A stretch of DNA of 63,949 bases, filler included, from Reticulomyxa filosa (taxonomy: Eukaryota; Protista; Foraminifera): NCBI GenBank assembly GCA_000512085.1. It is 16 parts of 16 records of this genome, joined end to end, with 100 filler letters (N's around TTAATTAATTAA, not from the genome) between each part and the next. Parts side by side here need not be neighbours in the genome. Positions count along the whole stretch, not along the records: positions 51,204 to 52,771 come from ASPP01024421.1; positions 52,872 to 54,334 come from ASPP01019914.1; positions 54,435 to 56,197 come from ASPP01027045.1; positions 56,298 to 59,375 come from ASPP01006496.1; positions 59,476 to 62,790 come from ASPP01009647.1; positions 62,891 to 63,949 come from ASPP01045467.1; 10 more parts are not named here. One strand, written 5' to 3'. Below the pieces are notes generated by a model. That model searched no databases. It saw only the letters and a list, made by a program, of their open reading frames with translations, and was not told the DNA's origin. Both the position numbers and the translations under genes were made by a program. Positions 51,204-63,949 of this stretch are shown here, piece after piece (position 1 is the first letter of the stretch; each line of letters opens with the position of its first letter).

Positions 51204-52771
51204 TAGCAACAGCGGTGATCGCAGGATCAATAAAAACGAATACATTATGTCGCTTGAAGGAGAACGGATAACAACCACCTTGTGCGTGAAGCTGCTGCTG
51301 GAGTTCTACGACTGCTGCATGGCGTGGCAGAGCGAGTTCAAAGTCCGTCTGCACATGACCAAAGAAATCGGACACTTTTTCAACTTGGATCCCACTAGCG
51401 TGGAGCGTCTGTTGACGCAACGCACGCCAGGTTGAGAGGAGACGACGGACAATTGATGTTTCTGTACGACAAGAGCGAAAAGTGTTGTGTGCTGCGCAAT
51501 CCACAGTTGACAGCTCACAGGCGAAAAAGGGCAGTGTCAATATCAATGCCAATGTCAATGCAAATGCAAGTGAGCACGAATTTGAAAAGGAGCTGAAACG
51601 ACAATCGTGGACCAACTTTATTCTTACTCAACATGCACTATGTTTGATGGAACAGATTGCAATGTGTGTGGTCAACATCGAACCTGTCCTACTCATAGAC
51701 GAAACGGGCAATTGCACAACGGCATCCGTTCAATATCTGGCACAACGCATGAATCAGAAACTGATCATCCAAAACCTGTCCCAGTCCACCGACAGTAGCG
51801 ACTTTTTGGGGGGAGTACAAACCCGTTGATATGTGCATCCACGCTCTACCCGTCATGAAGCATTTTGGCTTGCTCTTTTCTAAGACATTGTCGTGGCTGA
51901 ATCCGTACAAACACGCCACAGATGAAATCAAGCGTAACTTTGATTCCAAAAATTGTGCAGCCATGATTGATCGAACGAAAATTATGATTGAACGAATGAT
52001 CAATCGTTTTGTTTCGACGTCATTGTTGTCCTCTATCGATTCCAATACCAATGAAAATATAAATAAAAACATCAATGAAAACATAAAAAAAATACAAAGA
52101 CAAATCAACAATCATTTGATTTACAGTTAACACAGTCGACACAGCTGCCAAAGAAATGCAACTTGAATGAAACATTTGAAGAAGCCAAGAAAATCAGGCA
52201 CAACAACAGACAAAAAAGAAAGAGATCTACATTGAACACACGACCGAAGCCGACGACAACGACGACGGAAAGTGAAACATTGAAACGCGAATGGCAATGA
52301 CGATACGAAAGACTTTTCTTATGCGAACGCAAAGAAAGGAATCGAGAGTATCAGTTGGACATACTCGATGACGAGACTGTTCACATTGGTGAGCGCGTGT
52401 CTGGAACATTCCGAGCACGTGCTGTTGGTAGGTGCCGGCAAAATGACCGTTGGCATTGTTGCAACGACAAAACTTGCGAATGATTAATTGTCACCAAAAC
52501 ACGGAGATGAGTGATATTTTGAAAGGCTTTCTACCCGATCCGTGGCAAAGACAAAATGAAAGTATTATTGGAACATTCCATCGATAAATACCTGGACGTC
52601 ATTGCCAGCATTTGCAATGTGGCAATCTTTATTGTAGACAACGTGGATGGGAGCATCGTGTTGGGTTCATCTGAACCCATGGAAAGCGATGAAGACTTGC
52701 TGGCCATTATCAAAGAGCAAGCAAGGAATCAAAACGAATTGGTCCACTTTGCGCCGTTGATCATCGATTTT
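51204..52771 (+). pseudogene. Midasin (MDN1/Rea1) pseudogene with stops, frameshifts and an internal deletion
   Basis: FILTQHALCLMEQIA...EPVLLIDETGNCTT...QNLSQSTDSSDFLGG is midasin AAA2-like with a destroyed Walker A. It is followed by SMTRLFTLVSACLEHSEHVLLVG...INCHQNTEMSD (AAA4-like). Confidence 0.8.
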
Positions 52772-54434
52772 NNNNNNNNNNNNNNNNNNNNNNNNNNNNN
52801 NNNNNNNNNNNNNNNTTAATTAATTAANNNNNNNNNNNNNNNNNNNNNNNNNNNNNNNNNNNNNNNNNNNNAAAAAATTATTATGTATTATATGAGACAG
52901 TGACCAATGGCGATATCTCATGATCATAGTAGACATCTTCTTCTTTGACTTTTTTCTTCATCTATTTCTTCTGTTACTTTGTTTCCAGCATTAACTCAAA
53001 GAATTCATACTGTTGCCTCCGTTCAAAGATCGCCATTTCTGTGATTGTCATCATGCCAATCCTCATTTCTGTTTTCTATTTGCTTCAGTGTGGCATCAAA
53101 TGAAAAAAGATGTCACAATCAGACGATGTCAACGTGATCCTTCGGCAGAGCTAATTTCCTTTTCATGTTGCCAATGAAGCATTTGTATGGCCATCTCCAC
53201 ACCAATTAGTTTGGATGCCATTAAGGATATTGTCGGACTGTTTTATCAACATCCACAAATGTATATGCACATCTATTAAAACACTATACATTGCATAGAA
53301 TGTATAGAATAGAGATGACAAATGTAAGTACCAGATTTGATTCAGATCGGCGAGTTGCCGAATAGACAGATGGAGTTGGCATTGCCTTGAGCATTTACAT
53401 CGGTTACCAACTGCATGATCCTTCACAAACTTGCAATGTCATATGCCTGCAAATAGTCATATCATGATCATAGGCTCTCTGCTCGCCATGTTTTGGGTCT
53501 GTTCAATCATTATCAGACTGTTTCCCATGTCACCATTGTAATTACTATTCTCCAACTTGTTTGCCGCCACATCAATCATATCGCAATTGCCCTTATCCGT
53601 ATATTGATTGTGTTCATTTCACTAACGGCAATTGCGGTATTGACGTCGCACGCATCATCAATCATCTCCACTTTGGCCGAGGTCATTGTTTTATCAGCGT
53701 CTTGGCACCTCGATTGCTTTTCCATTCACACAATACAGAGCAATTAAAAAAAAGACAAACCAACTATATACACATAAATCATATATACACACCCGTTGAT
53801 AATTTGGACCGCTGCAACATCAACACAAGGTTCTGTTTTGGCCACAACAAAGTGGTCATACGAAGGTTCCAAATTGTCTGTATTGGTTTCCTCGTGTTGC
53901 TATTGTTGTAATTATAGACACAAACGTCACTGTGGGTTTGAGTGGAATATTATATGCTTTTTTTTGGAGATGTAACTGTAGTATTGATAATAGTTGATAC
54001 TCGACGAAGTTGATGACATTATAGATTAGTTCTTAGATGGCGTCCATTGATTTCTTGAGATGTTGTTCGTACTGCTGCAACTTTTTTTCTTCTCTTGGAC
54101 ACGTTTGCAGTCCCTTTTGCACTGCAACTCATTCTCTATATCCATTTCGCTGTGTACTCTCTTCATGGACCGCTTCAGCACACATTTAATCGACGAAGTG
54201 TTCTTCATTCAAGTCTGTCGTCAACTTGACTTTCATAATGTCTTCCATCTCTTCTTTACTTCATTGATTTGATTCATACATGTTTTCTCTTTCCTTTTAT
54301 GAGAGCAAACGCCACTGGAACTCATTCTTTGTTGNNNNNNNNNNNNNNNNNNNNNNNNNNNNNNNNNNNNNNNNNNNNTTAATTAATTAANNNNNNNNNN
54401 NNNNNNNNNNNNNNNNNNNNNNNNNNNNNNNNNN

Positions 54435-56060
54435 AACAATAATAACAATAATAACAATAATAACAATAATAGCAATGGTACTGCACAATTGGGAATAAGT
54501 GCTTCCTCCAAGCCATTGCCGTTGATCGATATCAAGTCCAAATCAAAAAGCAATCAAAAGTTGCGGTCGTTGTTCTTGCAGCAGACCCACGTAGCGAATG
54601 CCAGCAGACAAAAGCCTTTGCTCTCGGCGTCGTCCGCGTCGTGTCTGGGACCATGTCGTCGTTATCACCGCCATTATCGCCGACATACTCTAACAGCAGC
54701 TCACGACCGACACCAAGGCGAAGGAGTCAATACCACAAAAGTAAAGTCTACCCTTGCGGAATCCATTATTAATACTAATGCCGCTAATCCAAAGTCTTCT
54801 TCTTTTTCATTTCACAAAAACATAACCATGGATATGGACATGGATGCGGACGTATTCGTCGATATGGACGTCGACAATGAAGATGTAGATATGGACGGAG
54901 GAGATTTGAACGTCCATATCGCAAGCAGTTTTCCATTTGAAATTGAAGAGGAACAAGAGAAAGAAGAAGAAGAAGAAGAAGAAGAAGAAGAAGAAAAAAA
55001 AGCATTGCCCTGTGTTCGACCAAAGTTTGAAAACTCCAAGTCAATGGGACCACATTGGCGAGGCGATGACAATAGCAATAGAAGTTGTAATAGCAGTAGC
55101 AGCGGTAATAATAGTAATAGTGGCAGTAGTAATAATGGTAGTAGCAACAGCGATAGTAACGACGAGAATGAAAAGAGTACAAAGATGGTTGGAAGATTGG
55201 CACGTTTGTTAACCAATTGCAATCCCACAGAAAGTCAAGAAAATGAAGAAGAAAACGAAGAAGAAGGACAATATGACGCAAAAAGATTAAGTATTAATAA
55301 TAACAATAACAACAACACACGATCATTATTACCAAAGAAAAAAGCGCATTTGCGTGTGTCCCAGTCGTTTACAAGCGACGCAAGTCCCGTTGCAGTTTGT
55401 GACCCTACCACGTCACCTCTTTCCACTGCGTCCTCCAAGCACAACAAACCTTTTCCACTTTCCCCGTTGTACTCTGGTGATCATCCCTTGCATCCTCATC
55501 CTCATCCTCCTCATCCTCTTCATCCCCCTCATCCCCACCCTGGCCTCCATTATCATCACCAGTTGTTCATGGACTCCCATCCCCCTCCTCCGCCTCAAAC
55601 CCCCTCCTTCTCTCAGCACAACCATACCCCGTCGCCTTCGCTTTTGCGCTCCAAGTCCATTTCCATCCCCCAACACAACAGTCGCTCGCGCTATGACTTG
55701 GACTTCAAGCCGTCCATGCAACAGGTTTTACTTCATTTTTGCTTTTTTTTTTAAAAAAAAAAAAAAAAAAACGAAAAACAATTATTTAAATCTGTTTGAA
55801 TACATTAATTGAATTGAATTGAATTGAAATTGAATTGAATTGGATTGGTTAGACAAATTTCCTCGATAAACAGTTGGTTGAACAGCCTGCATATATCGAG
55901 TACAATGAGTCCTTCCAAATGGAAATGTAAACTGAATAATAACAGTATCAATGATAATAACAATAGCAATAACAATAACAATAACAATAACAATAACAAT
56001 AACAATAATATACAAATTACCATATATGAAAAAGATAGAAAGGAAGAGAAGAATAGCAAT
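54435..56060 (+). CDS. Low-complexity (N/S/E/H/P-rich) protein fragment
   Basis: 421-aa ORF 54489-55754 ending at a probable donor site (CAG|GTTTTA). No folded domain recognised. Confidence 0.55.
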
Positions 56061-56297
56061 CAATCAACTTTGTTAATTTCAACAATTCTTATATTTCTTT
56101 CTTTTTTTTTTCATTATTATTATTATTATTATTTCTATTTTTACAATCCATGAGACATGTACACATATATTTTTTTTTCTTTCCTATTTCCCTTACANNN
56201 NNNNNNNNNNNNNNNNNNNNNNNNNNNNNNNNNNNNNNNNNTTAATTAATTAANNNNNNNNNNNNNNNNNNNNNNNNNNNNNNNNNNNNNNNNNNNN

Positions 56298-57088
56298 ATA
56301 TATATATATATATATATATATGTATACCATTTCGAGCAATCAATGGCTTTTGCACTTGTAAAAATTGGTGCAAAGGAACCCAAGGATCAGCGACAGGGAG
56401 CACAGGAGTCGTTTGTACGTTGTCTTGTAGCCATGGCGCGTAGCGATTGGAGCGAGCGTTGTGTACCTTTAGATAACTGGCAAAGGCTTCGATGAGTTGC
56501 TTTTCCATGGCTTCGGTCAGTAATGTGGGCTCGTCAAATAAGAAACGCATAATGTCCGCTCCCAAATTGGTGAGTTTCTTATTTTTCTGTGCGCAAGAAC
56601 ATTTAAGCAATTGTTCGTATCCTTGGCTTTCCACCAACCAACGCGCGTATTTGAAGTCACTCGCAATTTCGCCAATGATTGTCAAAACCACGTTCAATAA
56701 GCTCGGGTCCGCTTCCAAGTATCCCTCGAACTTCTTTTCCGCTTCATCGTCTGTGCTGCCGATCACAGGCTTCCATTCAAAGAGTGTCAACGTGTCAATG
56801 CAAGCACTGAACAATTGTTGCTTCACCTCTTCGCTCAAATTCGGGATCATTTGTCGTTGGATTTCGTCCTCTTTCAATTTGAACTCCTCCATTTGTTGTT
56901 CTGTCTCTTTGTTGTCGTCTTCTTTTTTCTTGTCGTTCTGCTCGTTCAATACCGAGGGGGGAACGATAATCAAAGGAGAGGTGGCGGATGCTCCCACGTT
57001 GGCTGAGTCTGCGGCCGCATTCAAAGGATTGGACAATCGATTGAAGAAATCGGTCAAAAGATTTTGTCCGATATTTGGTTCATTGTTA

Positions 57089-57150
<62 letters not shown>

Positions 57151-58248
57151 GTTATTATTATTATTATTGTTATTGTTATTATTGTTCAATATCAAATCAT
57201 TATCATTCGGATTGCTTCCAAAAACTAATCGACGGCCAATTCGCGAAATGGATCTGGTGCGTCGAATGCTTGCATTGTTGCTATTATTATCAATAAGATT
57301 GTTGTTAACGACACTGACATTGGCATTAGCATTTGCACCGGAATTCGCATTCGCGCTTGCATTTGCACTTGAATGTGCGACTGCTGTCAGCGGTTCAATC
57401 GAGGCTTTGACAAGGGACGGAATTTTATCACGAATCTCAACTGGAATAAAGTCCTTCCACTTTTCATTCTCACGAATTAAATTCATATACAAATGAATTT
57501 CCAAGCGCTTGTGTGCTTTGACATCCAAAAACGCCGCAGCCACTAGATAATAGGTAGCAATATTGGATTGCAGCTGTTTGATCGTGGCCATGCCGGTGGC
57601 CGATGATTTGTCAATGGCTTTCATTTCTTTGCATTTGTTTGCAATCAAGGAAACAAGCATGTTCAAGGCCCTATATTTATGCCAGGCAATGGACATTACT
57701 TTTGGTTCAATGTCTTGAAAGACAGCCAAGCTGTAACAGCCATAAGGAGAGTCTTGTTCGCACAGTTTCATTAATTCCGCTACAGTCAGCTCCAATACGT
57801 CATTTGCATTTTCAGGCGAATGTACTATTTGTTCGTCTTTTATTTCTTTTCCAGGTTCCTGTTCATTGAGAGGAGCTTCTGTTTTTATCGGCGTTCGTTT
57901 CGACTTGTCTTCTTCAACACCTCCATCGCCGTCATTACCTTCGATTTGTGTCGACTCATCCGCCATGGACATGGCCAAAGCGGCCAACAATTCGGCATCT
58001 TCGTTGGACTCATCCTCTTCCCCTTGATTGACCTCATTTTCTTCCCCTTCATTGGCGATTGTTATCTCTCCGGTCTTGCTGATTAAAGACAGAGTTTTGG
58101 GGATGTCTTCCTTGGATGATGACGGCTGTTGTTCTTTCAATGTCTTGTTCTTCTCATAGCCTTCTTTGGCCGCTTGTGCTTTCTGATTTATTTCGATTAT
58201 TGATTTTGATTATTTAAAAAAAAAAAAAGCAAACAAATAAATGTTTTT

Positions 58249-58279
<31 letters not shown>

Positions 58280-59349
58280 GTGCATGTATATGTACATATA
58301 TACATACAACCGTCATATAAACACACCTGATGCAAGTCCTTTATGCAAGTACACACACTGTGCACCAATTTGGGCACATCAGCACACCATTGTTCCAACT
58401 GATCGGATTTGGCCAAAGGTTGAAAAATATATGTAAGATTTTTATCGACTGCATCGACTTGGTTGGAGTCTTTTTGCAATGGCAGGAAGTGGAATAATCG
58501 ACACAAGACTTGGACCAACTCTTGTTTGATGTTGTCAAACAAGGGGAAGTATTTGGAGTAGTTGGCCAATGCAAAGTTCCTCTTTTCGACGAGGGGCATG
58601 ACTTGGAACCGATGCAAATAAGTCATCGTGTCTTGATGAATGGACTTGCGCAGTTTGTTTCGTTCTTCGATAGTTGCGGAGTCGCTTGTGTACCATTTTT
58701 GGAACAAGCTCGTGAGTCGATCCACGCTTTTATTGCCTCGTCGATGATGACTTGATGACGAAGCGGAGGCGGAGGCAGAGGCGGAAGTGTCGTCGACGAC
58801 AAACTCTTTACAGTCTTTGGAAGTAATCGCACAAGGATAAAAACAACGAAGGACCGCTTTGGACAATTGAAGCTTAGGAGTTTGAATAAAGTAATATTTT
58901 TCTTTGAATAAGTTTTCTTGCGTGGACATTTGTCTCTCAAGCTGCTCGAGTTTTTTCTGCTCGTCTTGCTTGTGCTGCTCAATCTGATCCCATTGATCGA
59001 TGTTGCGAAGTATCCATTCCGTCGCGATCATTACATTGTTTGGAGCAGTGTCCGCGATCTGATCCAATGCGTGATCAATCAAAGCCGGCTCGTAGCCCAT
59101 GGTCATGAGTTGGAATGCCGCTTGATGTCTCTCGATCGATGTGTCTTTCAATGTTATCTTCGTTGTGGCCGCGTCATTGCTCGCGTGTTTGCTCTTTGTT
59201 TTTGCATCACTCTTACTTTTGTCGACCTTCGCGTCGTCCTCGTCCTCTTCCTCGTCCTTGTCCTCGTCTTCGTTCACCGCTTTGGGAGGTGGGAACTCCA
59301 ATCTCGCTTCGCCGCACAACTTTAGATAATGATGGGTCGATTCCATCAC
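56298..59349 (-). CDS. HUWE1/Tom1/UPL1-like E3 ubiquitin ligase, internal fragment (UBA + UIM + helical repeats)
   Basis: UBA: FQLMTMGYEPALIDHAL...NNVMIATEWIL. UIM: EDAELLAALAMSM. IMRFLFDEPTLLTEAME resembles the HUWE1-family ILRH..EDP..L..AME motif. Intron at about 58180-58327. Confidence 0.65.
57082..57186. repeat. (AAT)n microsatellite encoding poly-Asn
   Basis: About 100 nt of near-perfect ATT repeats inside ORF 56242-58140. Confidence 0.9.
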
Positions 59350-59475
59350 TAGTTTTGTGTGTGTGTGTGTGTGTGNNNNNNNNNNNNNNNNNNNNNNNNN
59401 NNNNNNNNNNNNNNNNNNNTTAATTAATTAANNNNNNNNNNNNNNNNNNNNNNNNNNNNNNNNNNNNNNNNNNNN

Positions 59476-59745
59476 CAACAACAACAACAACAACAACAAC
59501 AGAGCACGGAGCTGGTCGCCGCTAAACAAAATGATATAAATGAACATAAAGAAGAACATGATGCACATGCACATGCACGTGCGATGGATGAAAAGAAATC
59601 ACATCATACTCGTCGTCGTCGTCGTACAGAGAGTGATCCTGACAACAATAATAACAATAACGTTGCTACCACTCGTGGTGATGACAGAATCGAGGAAATA
59701 ACACAAACAGATGTCCATGACGAAAAAGAACAATCCACCACTATC

Positions 59746-59780
<35 letters not shown>

Positions 59781-61314
59781 CAATGATGATGATGATGATG
59801 ATGATGATGATGTGTTTACTCCTTTTTCAATGGACGAGAGATACGACTTGACCAGTACATTGCATCTAAAGTATCCACGGCCCAATATGTTCGACAAGTG
59901 CTATTACCAGTGCGGTGTGTACTCGACGCTGTTTCCGGTTAGCGTGTGCATCATCATTCTCATCTACGCGCTGATGCTGCCCGTCGCGTTGGTGTCGACC
60001 TCGTCGAAGACGCAGTACAACCAGAACCTGGAGCTCCCGAGAAACGGACCTCACTACGACGTCAAGAGCGACATCCAAAGGGCCTTTTATCCGGGCACCA
60101 TTTCGTCGTGGAACGTGCTGATTCCAAACCCGTTGGAGGAGTGGGTGACCAATTGGACCTACGTCCACGACACCGCCTTCATTATGAAGAGCATTCAGTC
60201 CAACCTATCGGAGACACCTTGGAAGATCAAGTACGTCGACGGCGTGTCGGTAGTGTCCAACACATATTTGGACACGGAAGTGAGGTATAATTCGTACATC
60301 ACTTCGGAGATCTACCAAACCACCATTCGCAACTTGGTGTCTCAATCCAAGCACGAGTCATACTTTTTGCTGTTCACACATGCAGACCCTTTTGGCGTCG
60401 AGTGCAAGCATGTGGTCAATCACTTGAGAAATCTGCTCGACCGCTATTGCGATGGCAGCTACACGCCTTCCAATCTGACGTACGACTGCTACTTGTATGG
60501 CAACAGCGTCGCTTCTGTCGACACTGTAGAAAACTTGTACAAACGCTTCCCGATTGTCTTTTTTTATCCATGTTGGTCGAGTTTGTCATCGCCGGCGTCT
60601 TGTTTCGCTCCGTGCTGTTGCCGTGTCGTCTGCTTTGCACCATTGTCATCACCTTGTCCTTTGTCTTTGGAGTCGCCGTTTTGATCTATCAGCACGGCGC
60701 TTTGGATTGGCTCCACTTGCAAATGTTCCAATCCGAAGATGGACTGGCGTGGATCATCCCTTTGGTTACTGTCACGCTGCTTTTGGGCTTGTCCGTTGAC
60801 TATGACTTCTTTTTCTATGGCAAATTCAACGAATTCGTTTCCAACGGAGAAAACACTCGACACGCCATTGTTAGGGCTGCTTATCGCACTGGCACTGTTA
60901 TCACTTCCGCTGGTGCTATCATGGGGCTGGCCTTTGGTGCTTTATGGTTCTCTTCCATTGAAGCCCTTAACCAAGCTGCTCTTATCATTGTCGTCGAAAT
61001 TTTTACTGACACTTTCTTAGTTCGCACTTTATTAGTCCCCGCCATGCTATCACTCACAACCAATGTGGTTTGGCATCCAACCTTACGCAAAGTTTTTTTT
61101 TTTTTACCCTTTTCGTCTCTATTCTGTTACTTATCATAAAATATTTTATACAATATTGTCATATACACATATACATATATATATATGTATACATATTGTG
61201 AAGAAATGCTGTACATACTTGGCACGACTTGGATTATCTGCTGAAGACGATGCCACTAATATGACGGACGCTCATGATCAAGAGCAAGTGGCATTGTTAG
61301 TACCGAAAACATAA
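59476..61314 (+). CDS. MMPL/RND-superfamily transporter, C-terminal half; 5'-truncated
   Basis: LLGLSVDYDFFF...AIVRAAYRTGTVITSAGAIMGLAF...DTFLVRTLLVPAML is the MMPL signature. Frameshift in a T7 run near 60559-60565. Confidence 0.85.
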
Positions 61315-62707
61315 TGGTAACGAGCTAATATATTAAAAAAAAAACATACACACATCATATATACATATATAACATATCAACGTGATGTGGAGAAATACTG
61401 AACCACAATCCAATTTTTTTTTTTCTTTTTTGAATGAGGTTTATGTTTGGCAATTTTTTCTACTTTCTCAATCCGGTTTACTGTGTATTTGAACTCATTT
61501 TTCTTTGTAGAAACTACACGAACATAGTTCATAATCGTCGGAAAAATCTTTTTTTATGTACATAAATATGGTTTTGATATAATGTCTGCAGATAAGGTTG
61601 TTGAATTATTTTTTCTAGATAGCATAGTCTTGATGCAACCAAGTTTTTGTAACATGATTGTTCGTATCATCATTTTTTTTTTATTTCAAAAAGACAAGTT
61701 GTTGATGATAACAAAATTGTGCTGTTTTCGAATAAGATTTAAATTTTTCCAAGAGAGTTTTTTTATATCTTCGGAGCTAAAATAAGAGAAATAATCGAGT
61801 TAATTAAAAAAAGCAATAACAATTACAGAGAAAGAACAAAAGAAATATATCTACCAATGTCCCGTTTTTGGTTTTGTTTGATCGTCAGTTAAACAACCTA
61901 AACCATTTTAAATGTATCATCTTGATCCACACACTGATTTTACTAAACGAATCACAATCTTCCATGTTTTAAATTCATTTTCAATACGGAGATTCATAAA
62001 TTCATTATTTTTGGATATCACATAATAGTTTGACTTATTCATTTTTGAATTTATTTTCAGCTTACCTCTTTTAAATGTCATCAGTAATGCAAAATAAAAC
62101 TTGTTGATATCAAACTGAAATCCAATAATATTTGTCGTGTATTGAATATATCAGTTGTCCAATAATCAAAAGAAATTTGATTCTTAATGCATATTCTTTT
62201 AATATCTTGGATCGTAGTTATCTAATTTTTTAATGCAATAATATATATTATTGTATTAAGATATCCATATTTATCATCATAAAAACTGGTCTATCGTTGA
62301 CTAATGAGTATAATTCATTGAAAATATTTAAAAATTGTTGATGTGATAATTCAATTCATTTTCGTCCAATATTTCCATCTTTTTGAACATCCAATATTTT
62401 TTAATTCAGTCGATCTCTTACAATCTGCATTGATATTTTTTTAACGATAATTTTTGGAATTTAATTTTGGTAAAAATCAAACACCAATCAATCTTATTAT
62501 TTTAATAATCCCGACACAGTCGTTACACATGTGATTTCACCAATTCAAATGAAAGATCCAAATTGCTGTGAATAATCAATAAATTCATTATATTCTTTGA
62601 TTCTCCACATTTTTAATTGTTTTCCGAATTATTTCAGCATTTTCCACATCATGCACTTGCACATACTGGTGACATTGAATTATACGTTATTAAATCTAAT
62701 TTGATAT

Positions 62708-62790
62708 TACAGTATGTTGCAAAGAAAACTGAACGCCTAAAACGACATCATATGATGATAATTGATTTTCTCCATGAAAAATCAACATTT
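62708..62790 (+). mobile_element. Family A transposon end, running into the contig end
   Basis: TA|CAGTATGTTGCAAAGAAAACTGAACG...GAAAAATCAACATTT; matches 26086-26174. Confidence 0.6.
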
Positions 62791-63653
62791 NNNNNNNNNN
62801 NNNNNNNNNNNNNNNNNNNNNNNNNNNNNNNNNNTTAATTAATTAANNNNNNNNNNNNNNNNNNNNNNNNNNNNNNNNNNNNNNNNNNNNTTCTATTTTA
62901 TAATTTTTAGTATAGCAAACATTAAGAAAGGCTTGCAAAAGCTACGTGCGAATCAATTTTTTCATATTAAGTCTTCACACTTGTACATGCATGCTCCAAT
63001 TTGTTTCTGAAATTTTAGTCGTTTATTGGTATCCTTTAACTCGTATGCAATCTACTGAAAATGGCTTGGCTTTAGTAGATGATCAATTGTGATACAATAA
63101 TCTCAGATGACAAAATAAAACACGTGATTGACTTGGCTACTCTAATACACTCATTATCTCTACACCGCTGTTTTTCCAGACATTTACACAGTTAGTAATA
63201 GTGTACCATTGTTCTAAAAAAAGCAGCATAAACATTACTTAAGCGCTATTATTTGCGATCATTACATTGTATTTCTGTAAAGTAGGTCGTACAAACTTCT
63301 AAAAAGCTAGAGCTTGCAATGTGTTGGCAGTTTCTCTTCTCCAAAATAAGCCTTACAGAGTTTCCATTTCGTTTAGTTTTGCTATTGTCGTCAGTCAAAC
63401 AAATTTCTGACATGTCATGAGCAGGATTTTTCCCACACGCAAGTAAAAGAACTTCATTTCGGTACCCAACATGCCATCAGCCCATTTAAAGTTTGCAATC
63501 ACAATTTGCATACTTTTTCAAAAAGTGCAGCAAATTTACTTTAAAACTACAAAAGTTTTTCGTCTTGCTAGCAATACGTTCTTTTTAACGTTCAGTGGGG
63601 TTATTTTTCTCTTTTCATAGAAAGTAATCCATTAAGACAATTAACAAAAAAAA

Positions 63654-63949
63654 ATGAATCAAAATGATTTCAGTGGATTTGGTAACACTGAAGACGAAAA
63701 CAAAAACAGTTCGACGAGCGGACACTCGTTTCACTCGGACAACGCGATGGAAGGACTTTTAAACGATAATAACACAGCAACGATGACAGATTATTCCATT
63801 GGCATGGGCAGGGAAGAACTTGATCCAAATGTCGACAATTCCCATTCAAGGCATTGGACAGACTACTCTTCCTCCGGCAATGGTGTCAATGTACAATCTG
63901 ACCTCTTTCAAACAACGGTCAAAAATAGCGACGTAGGAATGACCCCCTC
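63654..63949 (+). CDS. Start of a hypothetical protein, truncated by the window end
   Basis: ATG after an A-run, open frame MNQNDFSGFGNTEDENK... to the window end, with raised GC content. Confidence 0.45.
   Translation, partial: MNQNDFSGFGNTEDENKNSSTSGHSFHSDNAMEGLLNDNNTATMTDYSIGMGREELDPNVDNSHSRHWTDYSSSGNGVNVQSDLFQTTVKNSDVGMTP

Larger units (their letters stand above)
10189..62890. other. 15 artificial contig-joining spacers (N44-TTAATTAATTAA-N44), starting at 10189, 14485, 26175, 27288, 32699, 34425, 36236, 42159, 47286, 51104, 52772, 54335, 56198, 59376 and 62791
   Basis: Identical 100-nt linker with stops in all six frames. The sequence on either side is unrelated. ORFs ending in X...LIN are artefacts of it. 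Confidence 0.99.

Noticed and set aside
55680-55725. SRYDLDF as the lead-in to a Wee1/eIF2-alpha-type kinase domain
   Set aside because: No kinase motifs follow within the contig.
1-63949. tRNA, rRNA or prokaryotic operon structure
   Set aside because: No cloverleaf or rRNA signature was recognised by eye. Genes have spliceosomal introns.

Overview
This is not one continuous locus. It is 16 short eukaryotic contigs joined by 15 artificial 100-nt spacers (N44-TTAATTAATTAA-N44). The DNA is AT-rich, with short GT-AG introns, many homopolymer runs, expanded WD40/TPR/7TM families and many decayed gene copies. These traits suggest a foraminiferan draft assembly such as Reticulomyxa filosa (inference from style, not a database hit). 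Recognisable genes: WD40 protein, p62/NBR1-like PB1-ZZ-UBA receptor, GPS/polycystin-1-like membrane protein, 7TM receptors, TRAF-type Zn-finger protein, two caspase-fold+TPR proteins lacking the catalytic dyad, actin, Rab1-like GTPase, PH-domain protein, class-3 lipase, HUWE1/Tom1-like fragment and an MMPL transporter. Decayed copies of WDR70, midasin, glutaredoxin, p23 and WD40 genes are also present. The best candidates for undescribed biology are: (1) a 5-exon gene (20295-23285, -) fusing a degenerate Hsp70 ATPase domain, a SEA/TRADD-N-like domain, a PARP-family ADP-ribosyltransferase with a K-Y-E triad and a receiver-like domain, convergent with a pseudo-caspase-TPR gene; (2) an array of about 14 exon-like modules with ~100-130 bp period (32799-34424), each with a variable segment, a conserved short inverted repeat and an A-rich tail. 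A TA|CAGTA-terminated transposon-end family and a second dispersed repeat family are also visible. All domain calls come from manual motif recognition, not searches.
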